Origin: an uncultured Chloroflexia bacterium
GTDB lineage: Bacteria; Chloroflexota; Limnocylindria; Limnocylindrales; CSP1-4
Direction of reading: 5' to 3'
Length of the DNA stretch: 64,000 bases
Assembly (NCBI GenBank): GCA_963712745.1
Contig: CAVQJC010000015.1
Span: 138,529-202,528, forward strand
The translations under genes and the position numbers were made by a program. Under the pieces are notes generated by a model. It saw nothing but the letters and a program-made list of their open reading frames with translations. It ran no database searches and was not told the origin of the DNA. Of this stretch, positions 63,122 through 64,000 are shown piece by piece (within the stretch, counting starts at the first letter, position 1; each line of letters opens with the position of its first letter).

Positions 63122-64000
63122 ATGACACGCGGCAGCCGTATCTCGCTGTTCGTCATGGCCGCCGGGCCGCTGGCCTTCTACGCCATCTTCGTGTGTGGCC
63201 GCTGGCGCAGTCGGTGTGGTACAGCTCGACCAAGTGGAACGGGCTGTCAGCGACCCGGAGTTCATCGGGCTCGACAACTTCAGCGCGGCCCTGTCCGATC
63301 CCAACTTCGTCAGGGCCTTCGAGAACACCGCCATCTGGCTCGTCGTGGCCGTGACGGTGCCGACGGTCCTGGGCTTGCTGCTGGCGGTGTTGCTCGACCG
63401 GCCGCTGCGCGGCAGTCGCCTCTACAAGTCGGCCTTCTACCTGCCCATCACGCTCTCGCTCGTGGTGGTGGGCCAGGTGTGGACCTGGATCTACCAGCCC
63501 GACTGGGGCCTCATCAACACCGTCCTGGAGGCGCTCGGCCTCGATGAGCTGACCCGCGCACTGGCTGGGTGACCCGCAGACGGCACTCATCGCGGTCATC
63601 CTGGCCTGGTGCTGGCAGCAGACGGCGCTCGGCACTGATCCTCTACCTGGCCGCGCTAACGACGGTCCCACAGGACCTGCTCGAAGCCGCCGCCATCGAC
63701 GGTGCCAACGGCTGGCAGCAGTTCACGCGCATCATCGTGCCCCTGCTTCGGCCCGAGCCAGCGTCGTGGTCATCGCCCTCGCGGTCATCAACACGCTCAA
63801 GGGCTTCGACATCGTCTTCGTGCTGACCAAGGGCGGGCCGTTCCACATGTCCACGAACCTGGCCATGTTCATGTACGAGGAGACCTTCCGCAAGTATCAG
63901 CTGCGGCTACGGCGCGGCCATCGCGGTGGCCCTGTTCGTCGCTGGCCGTCATCGTCGTCGTCGTGTACTTCCGGCAGGCCCGCGCCTCGGAGCGGCTCTA
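63122..64000 (+). CDS. Carbohydrate ABC transporter permease (frameshifted, runs to window end)
   Basis: FIGLDNF, FYLP..LS.VV, EAA.IDGA..WQ.F..I..P.L, GGP. Confidence 0.8.

Overview
High-GC bacterial window with about 60 genes. The gene content and many apparently leaderless genes suggest Chloroflexota or a similar terrabacterial lineage (inference). Housekeeping content includes cysD/cysN with a TauE exporter, gltB/gltD, the sbp-cysTWA sulfate ABC transporter, Ni-SOD (sodN/sodX), a P-type Ca2+ ATPase with a CaCA antiporter, ugd, ribA, a solA-like oxidase, TetR-MFS and an IclR-ThDP-sugar ABC cluster. The most notable part is an accessory region at about 19.9-29.8 kb. It holds an ECF sigma/anti-sigma pair followed by an array of secreted paralogues (motif DPRxSG...NxxGxW...GEGxYxGL) that share their domain with the anti-sigma. 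Three of these paralogues sit behind the same non-coding cassette: a GTGAC-N4-GTCAC palindrome, a TTGACC promoter element, and a ~75-nt RNA matching the c-di-GMP-II riboswitch fold but apparently with A-C-G instead of A-A-G at the ligand-contacting positions. A fourth, truncated RNA copy is also present. Other observations: two related ~150-170 bp inverted-repeat elements whose ends run into tandem repeats, a shared operator upstream of both sulfur loci, and a switch-like gltB leader. Single-base indels in gltB, the ATPase and the last 2.3 kb suggest sequencing errors. No tRNA, rRNA, CRISPR array or transposase was recognised.
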